Positions 16,131 to 25,902 are shown, counted from the stretch's first letter. The stretch is DNA of 64,000 nucleotides from an uncultured Candidatus Saccharibacteria bacterium (GCA_964532145.1 CAZHGM010000001.1:30086-94085), one strand, 5' to 3'. Numbers and translations are program-made. Notes: generated from the sequence alone by a model not told the origin.

Positions 16131-18830
16131 ATGACAATGGGCTCACTAATCGGATTCTTGCTTAATCTTTTACTTCAGTGGTACGTCTGGGTACCCCTCG
16201 TTGGAATACTTGCATACTACACATGGCGAAACTACAAGGCTGCTGACCATTTAGAAAGCACCTCCGGCGTATTACTCATACTTGAGATCCCAAAGGCAAA
16301 TGACAAGCAGGAGTTGGCTGCCGAACAAATGTTTGCCAGTTTACACGGTATTCTACGCGACCGAAAGGAGCTACGTGACAGCGGTGGATGGCAAGAGTAT
16401 GTCAGTTTTGAAATTGCTGCCGTCGGCAAGTTGATTAGGTTTTACGTCTGGGTTCCAAAACACCTGCAAAACTTTGTCGAGGGACAGATATATGCCCAAT
16501 ACCCCACTGTACAGATTTTTGAAGCAGACGAAGATTATACAAAACGGCATATCGAGCACCCAGTCGTCCATACAGCCGAACTAAGCCTGAGTGACAACGA
16601 AGTCCTGCCCATCAAGACGTTTCAAAGCTTTGAGGTCGACCCGCTCGCCGGCATTACCGCCACACTGGGAAAACTTGAGACCAAAAATGAAGAGGTGTGG
16701 ATTCAGGTGATTGCTCGACCGATTGCCGATGATTGGCACAAACGGGCAAGTAGCTATGTTCAGAAAGCGCGAGGCGGAGGGGGGCTGGATATCGACTGGG
16801 GATTTATGAGCTATTTTGTACGAATTCTGGAGGCGCTCTGGACTCCACCCACCAGCACGGCCAGCGAGTCAAAACCAAAAGAGTTGAGCGAGCGTGAAAA
16901 GACACGAATTGCTGAGGTCGAGAAAAAATCGACAAAATTAGGCTATCGAGTAAAGATTCGCATCGCCTACCTCGGCGATGAGCAAATCGATGCGAAGCTT
17001 CGCATGCAAGCAATCGTTGGAACCTTCAAGCAGTTCAATTCCACAAATCTCAACGGGTTCCGCATGACAAACAGTAGCTTCAGGCGTGAAGACCTTGCCC
17101 CGTACACCAGTCGTCTATTTATCGATAGGGGATTTATCCTTAACATCGAGGAGCTGGCATCAGTTTATCACCTACCACATACCAGCGTAGAAACGCCAAA
17201 TATAGTCTGGGCTAGTACGAAAACCGCTGAGCCACCCTCAAAGCTGCCGGTACTCACCGGCGATGCAGCATACGATGAACAGATTAGCGCGTTCGGGCTG
17301 ACAAATTTCCGAGGCACCAACCAGCAATTCGGACTCTATCGATCTGACCGGTCACGACACGTGTACATCATTGGCCAGACTGGAGCAGGGAAGAGTGGTT
17401 TGCTGGAATTATTCGCACTCAGCGATATTTACCATAACCAAGGCTATGCGATTATCGATCCGCATGGCGACCTGGCGGTTGATAATCTGCGATTTATCCC
17501 ACAGTCACGAATCAAAGATGTCGTCTATTTCAACCCTGCAGATACCGCATATCCCCTCGGTTTTAACCCGATGGAAGTACTGGACCCGAACCTCAAAAGC
17601 AACACAAGCTCGGAGATTATCGGCGTCCTCAAACGTATGTTTGGGGAAAGCTGGGGACCTCGGCTGGAATATATCCTACGCTATACCATCCTGGCGCTGC
17701 TTGACCACCCTGACACGACGATGCTTGATATTACCCGAATGTTGACCGATAAAAAATTCCGCAAAGAAGTGCTAGCAAGCTGTACTGACACCGTTGTCTT
17801 GAATTTCTGGAACATCGAATTTGCCAGCTGGAACGATAAATTCCAGGCTGAAGCAGTAGCTCCCGTACTTAACAAAGTGGGCGCCTTTACTGCCAACCCG
17901 ATCATCCGCAATATCATCGGTCAAACTCACAGCACTTTCAATATTCGGCAATTAATGGACGAGGGTAAGATACTTATCGTCAACCTGTCCAAAGGCCTTA
18001 TCGGCGAGGACAATGCAGGTATCCTGGGGTCATTTATCGTCACGAAAATCCAACTTGCCGCCATGAGTCGGAGCGACATCCCTAATATCGAAGATCGTCG
18101 ACCTTTTTACCTCTATGTGGATGAGTTCCAGAACTTTGCAACTGACAGTTTCGCGACAATTCTCTCCGAAGCTCGAAAGTACGGCCTTAATTTAACCGTC
18201 GCCAACCAATATATCGCACAGATGGGAGATACGGTCCGTGATGCAGTATTCGGGAATGTCGGAAGCATGGTTAGCTTTCGTGTCTCCGCTGATGACGCGC
18301 CGTTTCTTGTAAAGCAATTTGAGCCGCAATTTGAGGCTGCTGACCTGCTTCAAATGCACAACCGCAATTTTATTATCAACATGGTCATCAGGGGAGAGAA
18401 AACCCCGGCATTTAGCGCTACGACACTAGCGCTACCAGATGCACCATCTGATTACCTTGAGTACATCATTGCTCATTCACGCGCTCATTATGCCAGAAGT
18501 CGCGAGGAGGTAGAGCAGGAGATACGACAACGAATCATGCCAGCCCAGCAACCCCCGATGCAACCTGCCATGCCAAAACAGTGGCCTATCCAAGGCGCCA
18601 GTCAAGTACAGCCAGCTGCACCAGCTAAAACCCCCTCCAGTACTCAGCCGTCACCCGAGCCAGCATCGTCGGATGCACCAGCCCCGAAAAAACGTCGTCG
18701 TTCGCGAAGCCGCAAAAAATCTACTACAGGTCAATCTCAAACCTCATCATCAACGCCGTCACAAGCTTCAGATTCAGCCCCAAAGCCCGCTGCGCCAGCA
18801 GGCAACGATCACGAACTCCGTCTCCGCTGA
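16131..18830 (+). CDS. TraD/VirD4/HerA-like P-loop ATPase (type IV coupling-protein-like) with N-terminal TM segment, ~400-aa unknown domain and disordered C-terminal tail
   Basis: Walker A GQTGAGKSGLL; Walker B FYLYVDEFQNF; EARKYGLNLTVANQYIAQM. Hydrophobic N-terminus LIGFLLNLLLQWYVWVPLVGILAYY. The C-terminal ~110 aa are Pro/Ser/Ala/Lys-rich. The start could be 16104 (alternative codon) or ATG 16131. Confidence 0.75.
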   Translation: MTMGSLIGFLLNLLLQWYVWVPLVGILAYYTWRNYKAADHLESTSGVLLILEIPKANDKQELAAEQMFASLHGILRDRKELRDSGGWQEYVSFEIAAVGKLIRFYVWVPKHLQNFVEGQIYAQYPTVQIFEADEDYTKRHIEHPVVHTAELSLSDNEVLPIKTFQSFEVDPLAGITATLGKLETKNEEVWIQVIARPIADDWHKRASSYVQKARGGGGLDIDWGFMSYFVRILEALWTPPTSTASESKPKELSEREKTRIAEVEKKSTKLGYRVKIRIAYLGDEQIDAKLRMQAIVGTFKQFNSTNLNGFRMTNSSFRREDLAPYTSRLFIDRGFILNIEELASVYHLPHTSVETPNIVWASTKTAEPPSKLPVLTGDAAYDEQISAFGLTNFRGTNQQFGLYRSDRSRHVYIIGQTGAGKSGLLELFALSDIYHNQGYAIIDPHGDLAVDNLRFIPQSRIKDVVYFNPADTAYPLGFNPMEVLDPNLKSNTSSEIIGVLKRMFGESWGPRLEYILRYTILALLDHPDTTMLDITRMLTDKKFRKEVLASCTDTVVLNFWNIEFASWNDKFQAEAVAPVLNKVGAFTANPIIRNIIGQTHSTFNIRQLMDEGKILIVNLSKGLIGEDNAGILGSFIVTKIQLAAMSRSDIPNIEDRRPFYLYVDEFQNFATDSFATILSEARKYGLNLTVANQYIAQMGDTVRDAVFGNVGSMVSFRVSADDAPFLVKQFEPQFEAADLLQMHNRNFIINMVIRGEKTPAFSATTLALPDAPSDYLEYIIAHSRAHYARSREEVEQEIRQRIMPAQQPPMQPAMPKQWPIQGASQVQPAAPAKTPSSTQPSPEPASSDAPAPKKRRRSRSRKKSTTGQSQTSSSTPSQASDSAPKPAAPAGNDHELRLR

Positions 18831-18858
18831 TGTATATGACGCGGCGTACAAAATATCA

Positions 18859-18876
18859 GAACAAATATAGAACATT
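18859..18876 (+). repeat. Direct repeat copy A: GAACAAATATAGAACATT
   Basis: 17 of 18 identical to copy B at 19398-19415. It lies 29 nt after the stop of the ATPase gene. Confidence 0.7.
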
Positions 18877-19129
18877 ATGCGCTATGGTGTATCTGAAGTC
18901 TACAGCAAGTAACATGTCATATCAACAAGTAACATATGGTCTCAAAACAGAAGCGGGCAAGTCAAAATTTTTATAACGAGGTGAGAAAATCAACGCGTAT
19001 ATAGAAGCAAACCGTGGAAGGAATATGCCTAATGTGAATATTATTATCGTGTCGCACAATATATCTTTTACGACTAATGAATACTGTACAGAATCTGGTC
19101 TTGTATACGTCCTTTTAGTCTCTTCGACA

Positions 19130-19175
19130 GGGGACATTAGCGGCAGATTGCCATGGCTACGCCACTAATGTCCCC
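19130..19175. repeat. Long hairpin / inverted repeat GGGGACATTAG-24 nt-CTAATGTCCCC
   Basis: Perfect 11-bp arms at 19130-19140 and 19165-19175. The loop contains its own GGCA-GAT-TGCC hairpin. Confidence 0.75.
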
Positions 19176-19397
19176 GCAACTGCGTTACCGCTTCTGCCCT
19201 CATATATATATCGCGCTCTATCAGCGTGTGTTGTCGTACATATCTAACAGATGTTGTTGTTTTTGTATGACTTTGTTGTTAAAATTTGACTTTTCCACAA
19301 TATGATTTTACGTCCCTGCTATTCCCTCCTATATTTGCTTTTTTCGATTTTTGTATTTTTGTATAGTTTTTTCCAATCGAAACTATCTCAGATTATT

Positions 19398-19415
19398 GAA
19401 CAAAAATAGAACATT
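19398..19415 (+). repeat. Direct repeat copy B: GAACAAAAATAGAACATT
   Basis: 17 of 18 identical to copy A. It lies 44 nt beyond the ftsQ stop. Confidence 0.7.
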
Positions 19416-19458
19416 TCATAAAAGAGAGTAGGTAGCATGTCTTGTAATACCCTGCTTT

Positions 19459-20370
19459 CTACTCGGTGTAATACGCTTTCCCCTCAACGCGAAGATCAAG
19501 GTACTGTGGTACAATGCCCTGCTGTTCAACAGCCCCAAGCGCACTACGTAAATCGGCCACCTGTCGAGAAGGCTCCCGATCGACGTGCAGCTTTACCCGG
19601 TATGGGCGGTCTTTTAACGTAATATCGATTTCCTTCAGAAGCCCCGGTGGCAATATCACCTCCTGGACTTCACCGAGAGACATTGCTTTTACTTGGGCTA
19701 CCACTTGACCAATAAACTGCATGGTACGCCTTGAAGCAACTTGTTGCGCCTCAACAGGCAGCCCCGACTCATCTTTTATTGACACAAGTTCACGAGGAAC
19801 AAATTCGGCGTGCTCAAACGCAATACCGTCCTTGTCAACATAGTAGAGCTTGGCGCCAAGCTGCCATTTTGCCACAGGAACACGTTCGGTAGTTGACAAA
19901 CTATGTTGTGCAAACCCGGTATCGCCCCGTACCTCAATAGCCGATAGCTCCGGCGAATCATGCCTCATCACAGCCAGTAGCATCGACTGGTCTAAAAACG
20001 GTGCCAGTCGCTCGAGGGGATGAGCGTTTAGGTACGTATCAACCTGAGTGGTATAGCGGCGTGACGCCGCATCGGTAGGCTGGATAGTAACAATGAGACT
20101 GTCAATGAGCCATACACAGCCGCCGACAGCAACAAGACATATGGCCAGTAGCCGTCCGATCCTCCGACGGTGCCCACGGAGCTCATGCTCTTCAAGCCGT
20201 GATGACTTAAGATGTGAGGTTGATTCAACAGCCGATACAATCCGAGATGATACGCTGCCGGTAAGTGTTCGGCTTCGGCGGAATAGTGCTTCGCCAGCAT
20301 TAGCGGCATCAAACCGCGGTGTTCTCGTTTGATGGCCTTGTGACCGTTGTCGACGCGAGCTAAATGACAT
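19459..20370 (-). CDS. ftsQ: Cell-division protein FtsQ/DivIB-like (basic cytoplasmic tail, single TM, POTRA-like)
   Basis: Single TM helix LLAICLVAVGGCVWLI. It sits at the end of the dcw cluster, directly after murG. Sequence similarity is judged only by architecture and position. Confidence 0.7.
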   Translation of the reverse strand: MSFSSRRQRSQGHQTRTPRFDAANAGEALFRRSRTLTGSVSSRIVSAVESTSHLKSSRLEEHELRGHRRRIGRLLAICLVAVGGCVWLIDSLIVTIQPTDAASRRYTTQVDTYLNAHPLERLAPFLDQSMLLAVMRHDSPELSAIEVRGDTGFAQHSLSTTERVPVAKWQLGAKLYYVDKDGIAFEHAEFVPRELVSIKDESGLPVEAQQVASRRTMQFIGQVVAQVKAMSLGEVQEVILPPGLLKEIDITLKDRPYRVKLHVDREPSRQVADLRSALGAVEQQGIVPQYLDLRVEGKAYYTE

Positions 20371-20371
20371 A

Positions 20372-21520
20372 CTATTCCTTATACACTTTCATTATCATCA
20401 TAGCAACGTCTCTTGAGGCATGTGGTTTTGCGAATTGATGTAAATTATGCGACAACTCTTTTTGTCGCTGAGTATCGTGTATCAACGAAATGATAGCCCG
20501 ACCAAGCTCATCCCCCTCTGCTATCATCTGGTCAGTGAGTACGACAGCAGCGTCAACACCCCTGTAAACTGCAGCATTTTTTACCTGGTCGCCTAAGTGA
20601 GCTGCAGGTATGACAATCGCGGGTTTAGCGAGGCCCGCCAGCTCCTGCAAAAATGTCGCGCTTGCTCGACTCACTACGACATCTGCTGCACCCAACACAT
20701 CATGCATATTTTCAAATACAAATGGTACTGCCTGATAGTGAGGATGATCTGGTACTCGAGCGGCCACCGATTCATAGTGAGCCTTGCCCGTGACGTGATA
20801 GACCTGCGCACCCGAGGCGACCACCGCATTGCCGCAGTGCACCATAGCTTCATTAATAGATTTCGCACCCAGCCCCCCGCCAGTCACGACAACAAGCGGG
20901 GCCGTTACGTCAATCACCCCGATCGCGTCACGAGCACGTCGGATATCATGAGCAGAAAAAGGGTGAAAGACATCTTTCACGGGCACTCCGACATAGCGCG
21001 TCTTATGAGGATCATAGTTATAGTTCTCAACAGGAGAGCCCGTCCCGATACTGCGCGCAAAGCGAGCCAGTACACGGTTCGTCAGTCCTGGTCGGGTATC
21101 AGAATCATGTATCACGATAGGTATACGCAGCAATACGGCAGCAATTCCAAGCGGTAAACATACATAACCACCTTTAGCAAATACGATATCCGGACGATTT
21201 CGCAACAATAGCCATACACTTTGCATAAACCCCATCACAATATAGCCAATGTCACGGAGGTTAAACAGAATCGTCCTCACATCGCCTAGCCGCTGTAGCC
21301 ACGTCTCACCGTGGTATCGCCGTAACTTACCAGCAGCAATTGTTGTGACACTCACAGGCACGTTCGCATGATGCATTAGTCCCCGTGATTGCGACTCGAA
21401 TGCTTTATCACAAACAAACTGGACCTCAACGCTATTGTCAAGCTTCGCGAGTTCATTGATAACGGCGAGTACGGGTGTAACGTGACCCCCCGACCCCCCG
21501 CCGACTGCTAGTAGCTTCAT
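20372..21520 (-). CDS. murG: Lipid II synthase MurG (UDP-GlcNAc transferase)
   Basis: MKLLAVGGGSGGHVTPVLAV N-terminus, GT28 length, dcw context. Confidence 0.93.
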   Translation of the reverse strand: MKLLAVGGGSGGHVTPVLAVINELAKLDNSVEVQFVCDKAFESQSRGLMHHANVPVSVTTIAAGKLRRYHGETWLQRLGDVRTILFNLRDIGYIVMGFMQSVWLLLRNRPDIVFAKGGYVCLPLGIAAVLLRIPIVIHDSDTRPGLTNRVLARFARSIGTGSPVENYNYDPHKTRYVGVPVKDVFHPFSAHDIRRARDAIGVIDVTAPLVVVTGGGLGAKSINEAMVHCGNAVVASGAQVYHVTGKAHYESVAARVPDHPHYQAVPFVFENMHDVLGAADVVVSRASATFLQELAGLAKPAIVIPAAHLGDQVKNAAVYRGVDAAVVLTDQMIAEGDELGRAIISLIHDTQRQKELSHNLHQFAKPHASRDVAMMIMKVYKE

Positions 21521-22733
21521 GACTACTCCCTTGTGTTAGGATTTGATATGACGTAAAACGCGACACATGGTACACGACACCAAGTGCTGCCATCATAAAC
21601 AGTAAGCTGGTACCGCCAAAACTCAGAAACGGTAGCGTGACACCAGTCAGTGGCATGACTCCTGTCATAGCGCCAATATTAACGACGACATGCGTCCCCA
21701 GCCAACCAAACACACCGGCGCACAGTAACCGCATCATAGGATCACTGAGCCGCTCAGATACGCGCATAATACGCATCAGGAGCGCAGCAAATAACCCAAT
21801 AATGATGACGAGTCCCACAAACCCAAAAATTTCTCCTAGCACAGCAAATATTGAGTCGTTCAGTGCCTCAGGCAAATACCCGAAGGCTTGCACGCCGTTT
21901 CCCAGCCCTCTACCAAAAAGCCCACCGCTGCCTATCGCCAGCTTAGCCATATCGATATGGTAACTATTTGAGTCACTCCCACCGCCTGCGCCCAGGAATG
22001 TCACAATACGTTCCATACGATGAGGCGACAGTATAACAAACAGGACACCCAGTCCGGCAATTGCCGCTCCACTCACTGCTAGTAACCGAGTTGACACGCC
22101 AGATACGATGACCATCGCAAGCATTATTCCAAGCATCGTCAAGCCAGTACCCATATCTTTTTGTAGCCCAATAACGAAAAACATCGCCACCGCGACCAAA
22201 ATAGCAATCGGCACCATCGTATCATTTGCGTGATTAATCGTGCCTTGTTGGATGCGCCTCCCTAAGAATGCCGCTCCAAAAATAAGTAACGCAAACTTCA
22301 AAAACTCCGCGGGCTGAAACGACACAATACCAAAGTTAAACCAGCGACACGCGCCGTTAAAACACATTGCAGGAGGGATCGATAACAACCCAAGCAGTGC
22401 TAGCATTGCACAAACCACCAACGCGCTCATAACGAGCGGGCCTGCAAAACGGCGCCACATTTGAAGTGGCACAATACTTCCAACAAAAAACGTTCCTGCC
22501 CCCAAAAGAAGATAGATGATCTGTTTGAGCATATAGTGGCCTTGGTCCAAACTACCACCGTCAGCATTAATGCGGTGGATTTGATACGGCGAGATTGCAA
22601 ATAGCACGACAAGCCCGATAAGTACCAGTAAACCCATAAACAATATCAGCTGGTGATCCGGTCGGTGACGTCGTGAAGCAGTAGCCGCCACACGACTCTG
22701 CCCTACCCGTGATCGTCGCATGCTGCCTGGCAT
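21453..22733 (-). CDS. ftsW: SEDS-family peptidoglycan polymerase FtsW/RodA
   Basis: Polytopic 426-aa protein with SEDS-like segments (SIFAVLGEIFGFVGLVII, LPFLSFGGTSLL). It lies between mraY and murG. Confidence 0.9.
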   Translation of the reverse strand: MPGSMRRSRVGQSRVAATASRRHRPDHQLILFMGLLVLIGLVVLFAISPYQIHRINADGGSLDQGHYMLKQIIYLLLGAGTFFVGSIVPLQMWRRFAGPLVMSALVVCAMLALLGLLSIPPAMCFNGACRWFNFGIVSFQPAEFLKFALLIFGAAFLGRRIQQGTINHANDTMVPIAILVAVAMFFVIGLQKDMGTGLTMLGIMLAMVIVSGVSTRLLAVSGAAIAGLGVLFVILSPHRMERIVTFLGAGGGSDSNSYHIDMAKLAIGSGGLFGRGLGNGVQAFGYLPEALNDSIFAVLGEIFGFVGLVIIIGLFAALLMRIMRVSERLSDPMMRLLCAGVFGWLGTHVVVNIGAMTGVMPLTGVTLPFLSFGGTSLLFMMAALGVVYHVSRFTSYQILTQGSSHEATSSRRGVGGSRYTRTRRYQ

Positions 22734-22737
22734 CGAC

Positions 22738-23781
22738 TTATATATACCCTCCTGCCAGCGCTATTAGTAGCCCAATAAACGCCGTGACATTCGAAATAAT
22801 CCAGAATCTCATCGTCACCTTTGACTCTGGCCAACCTTTAGCTTCAAGATGATGGTGTATCGGCGCAGACACGAATATTTTACGGTGGAAGAGCTTTTTG
22901 CTCATGATCTGCAGTGCACTTGAACTGATTTCCACCACGAACATTGCACCAATAATTGGCAAGAGGAAAATTGTATTCGTCAGCATTGCCACTACACCAA
23001 GTGCCGTTCCGAGCGCAAAGCTACCAACATCCCCCATGAAAAAACGCGCCGGATGAACATTAAACCATACATAGCTGAGCAGCGTCCCGAGCACCGTGAA
23101 ACAAAACCCTGCGATACCAATGTTACCCTGCAGAAGAGCGATCATTGCAAATGCCATATAGGCCGACGCAAGCATGCCGCCCGCCAATCCGTCGAGACCG
23201 TCGCTGATATTCACAGCATTGCTTGTGCTAACGACCGCCAGTATAAACAGCGGCACGATTAGCCATCCAATATCAAGTGGATGGCCTACGAATGGAAACT
23301 GTACGGCCGTATAATTGTCGAGCTTGACATAGAAAAACCATGCGCCGACCGTTGCTACCGCTGTAATCATCACAAATTTTATCCCGGATCGCAGTCCGGC
23401 GACGCCAAGCTGTTTGCCGCGGATGTTAATAATATCATCGATAAGACCGACGAGGCCGCCCCCTACCAGTGCAGCCAGTGGGAGCCACGTCTGCTCGCGA
23501 TCCCAGTTAAACAACACCGTTATCACCGTCACGGCAATGACGATAATGAGTCCTGCCATCGTGGGAATGTTACGAGTGAATTTCGCAGCATGTAGTTTCG
23601 TAAACACTTCGAGCGCCTCGCCTGTCGTACTGGTATCACGCTGCCGCTTCCACAGTCGGTAGCGGTATGCCAGATACGTATAGACTGGTGTCATAGCAAC
23701 AGACAGTATCAGCGCCCCGAGCGCAAGTGAAACTGCAAAAATGAGTGAGGTTGATAATTGTGATATCGTAATTTCTTGCAT
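22738..23781 (-). CDS. mraY: Phospho-N-acetylmuramoyl-pentapeptide transferase MraY
   Basis: NAVNISDGLDGLAGG and HHHLEAKGW motifs; 10-TM type protein. Confidence 0.95.
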   Translation of the reverse strand: MQEITISQLSTSLIFAVSLALGALILSVAMTPVYTYLAYRYRLWKRQRDTSTTGEALEVFTKLHAAKFTRNIPTMAGLIIVIAVTVITVLFNWDREQTWLPLAALVGGGLVGLIDDIINIRGKQLGVAGLRSGIKFVMITAVATVGAWFFYVKLDNYTAVQFPFVGHPLDIGWLIVPLFILAVVSTSNAVNISDGLDGLAGGMLASAYMAFAMIALLQGNIGIAGFCFTVLGTLLSYVWFNVHPARFFMGDVGSFALGTALGVVAMLTNTIFLLPIIGAMFVVEISSSALQIMSKKLFHRKIFVSAPIHHHLEAKGWPESKVTMRFWIISNVTAFIGLLIALAGGYI

Positions 23782-23783
23782 AC

Positions 23784-25541
23784 TTACCCCTGTGGTTGTA
23801 ACCGTAAATAATCGATCATCCAGCTATTCATGTCATTGAAAATCGGTCCTGCCGCGGTGGTGCCTTCATAGCCGCCAATTTTTGCGTCATCGACTTTAAC
23901 CATTATGACATACCTCGGACTGTCAACGCCGCCAAATCCGAGATATGAGCCGATGGAGTTCTCGCTTGAATATTCGCCTGTTGTCCGGTCAATTACCTGG
24001 CTGGTGCCCGTTTTGCCGCCGATCATATAACCCTCGCGGTCATATTTGCCGAAAAATCCTGTCTTTCTCCCCTGCCAAATGAGCTCTCTGGCCGCCGCCG
24101 ACGCTTCTTTGGACAGCACTTTGTCGTTCACGACTACTGGTTCTTTGGCTGTCATGCCGCCATCGTCGCGCCGGATGCCTGCAACCAAACGTGGCTGATA
24201 ATACACGCCGCCGTTAATCTCGGCCGAAAATGCCGCTGCAGTCTGTATCATGGTGACGTCCATGCCTTGCCCGAATGCCATGTTGGCGTATCGAACGTTA
24301 TTACCCTCCGCTTCATCTGGACGGATCACAATACCAGGGCTTTCTCCCGCTTGTTCGATGCCTGTTAGCATGCCAAATCGGTAGCGATCATGAAAATACT
24401 GGTACATTGTATCGCGCGCCGTCCGGTTTATACTTCCTCCGCCCATTTGCTTCACAATATGAACGACGCCCGTGTTGAGCGAGTAACGCAACGTATCAAG
24501 CATAGTCGCTACGGCTGCTTTCGGGTCTTCTTCGACATTGCAAATTCGCCGGTCGTCCACTTGTGTGCAGCCTGATGAGTCATTAAATGTGCTGTTTGAA
24601 GTCACTGACCCGCTATCGAGGCCCGCCCCCATCGTTAACGCTTTAATAACTGATCCATTTTCATACGGTGCTGACACGATGCCATTCTGAAACACCGAAT
24701 AATCTTCGACTTTGTTGTATTGCCCCGGATCATAGGTGGGATAATTCGCCATCGCAAGCACTGCGCCATTATTCGGGTCCATGACGATCATACTGCCTTT
24801 CGTGGCATGCGCGCGATCCAAGCCGGATTTGAGCACCGCCTCAGCTTGCAACTGAACTGAACGATCAAGTGTCAGGACGATATCGTCGCCATTTACGGCC
24901 GGTGTATTCACATCGTTGGTGCCAATTGTCAGTGGAATCTTTCGCACATCCGTTACCGTCTCAAGTAACCCTGCCTTTCCCTTCAGCCGATTATTGAGCG
25001 CGCCCTCGATGCCATATTGGCCATTGCCCTCGCTATCGAGATATCCGAGTGTCTGCGCCGCTAGGTTACCCTCAGGGTACACCCGATGATTTGTTTGCTG
25101 CAGCCCGATGCCAGCGAGTTGCTGTTTCTGGATGAGCTCTGCCTGCTGCTGCGAAACATTTCGTGCCAGCACACGATACCGGATCGTGCCGTTATTGTCT
25201 TTCAGGAGAGCATCGATATCACCATTGAGCTCACCGCCTATTATTTTCATCAAAGCAGTCCGCGTCTCAGCAGGATTTTTTACATCTGACGGGTCTGCGA
25301 ATACCGTGTAGACACGTTCATTCAACACAAGCGGCACCAGATCGTTACCATCTCGTACATAGAGCTGGCCCCGTGTGGGTTGAATGCTAAGCGGCTGCAC
25401 CTGTACTTTATTCGCTTCACTCACATAATAGTCATGCTGTATCACCTGCAAGTAAAAGAGCCTCACGATAAACAAACTAAGCACAAATAAAAGCCCCCAT
25501 ATGAGAAGCTCTGATCGGCTGCGCGTGCGGTGAGACTCCAT
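23784..25541 (-). CDS. ftsI: Class B penicillin-binding protein (FtsI/PBP2-type transpeptidase)
   Basis: N-terminal TM anchor; SxxK in GSVIKAL; SxN in YSLNTG; KTG in GGKTGTS; dcw position. Confidence 0.9.
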   Translation of the reverse strand: MESHRTRSRSELLIWGLLFVLSLFIVRLFYLQVIQHDYYVSEANKVQVQPLSIQPTRGQLYVRDGNDLVPLVLNERVYTVFADPSDVKNPAETRTALMKIIGGELNGDIDALLKDNNGTIRYRVLARNVSQQQAELIQKQQLAGIGLQQTNHRVYPEGNLAAQTLGYLDSEGNGQYGIEGALNNRLKGKAGLLETVTDVRKIPLTIGTNDVNTPAVNGDDIVLTLDRSVQLQAEAVLKSGLDRAHATKGSMIVMDPNNGAVLAMANYPTYDPGQYNKVEDYSVFQNGIVSAPYENGSVIKALTMGAGLDSGSVTSNSTFNDSSGCTQVDDRRICNVEEDPKAAVATMLDTLRYSLNTGVVHIVKQMGGGSINRTARDTMYQYFHDRYRFGMLTGIEQAGESPGIVIRPDEAEGNNVRYANMAFGQGMDVTMIQTAAAFSAEINGGVYYQPRLVAGIRRDDGGMTAKEPVVVNDKVLSKEASAAARELIWQGRKTGFFGKYDREGYMIGGKTGTSQVIDRTTGEYSSENSIGSYLGFGGVDSPRYVIMVKVDDAKIGGYEGTTAAGPIFNDMNSWMIDYLRLQPQG

Positions 25542-25542
25542 A

Positions 25543-25902
25543 CTAGTTTTGTGTGTAATTTACTTGTTCTGGTCGTGGCATTGCTTTGGCGACATCGCTG
25601 TTCTCAACCGTCTTTAAGGCTGAGAGTCTGGCGTTTTGATTCGTCAGCTCCTCTTTTTGAACACTGAGTGATTCCAGCTTTTGCTCAAGACTATTTATAT
25701 CATACCCGTAACTACTCGTTTTTGTCACTTGCGTCAGGTAGATAAGCCCTAGTACCGCAATCATTAACGCAACCAAAATCGTATGTGAAATTGGCCCTAG
25801 TGATACAGCAGGGGCAAAACTTGTGATGTTTTGGTTACGCCGCCACATCCGTTGTTGACGAGCAGAAAAATCCTGGCTCGTTGCTCTGTAGTAGTGAGAC
25901 AT
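25543..25902 (-). CDS. ftsL: FtsL/DivIC-like small bitopic division protein (TM plus coiled coil)
   Basis: 119 aa with TM helix ILVALMIAVLGLIYL followed by a heptad-like LEQKLESLSVQKEELTNQNARL. It lies between rsmH and the PBP. Confidence 0.6.
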   Translation of the reverse strand: MSHYYRATSQDFSARQQRMWRRNQNITSFAPAVSLGPISHTILVALMIAVLGLIYLTQVTKTSSYGYDINSLEQKLESLSVQKEELTNQNARLSALKTVENSDVAKAMPRPEQVNYTQN

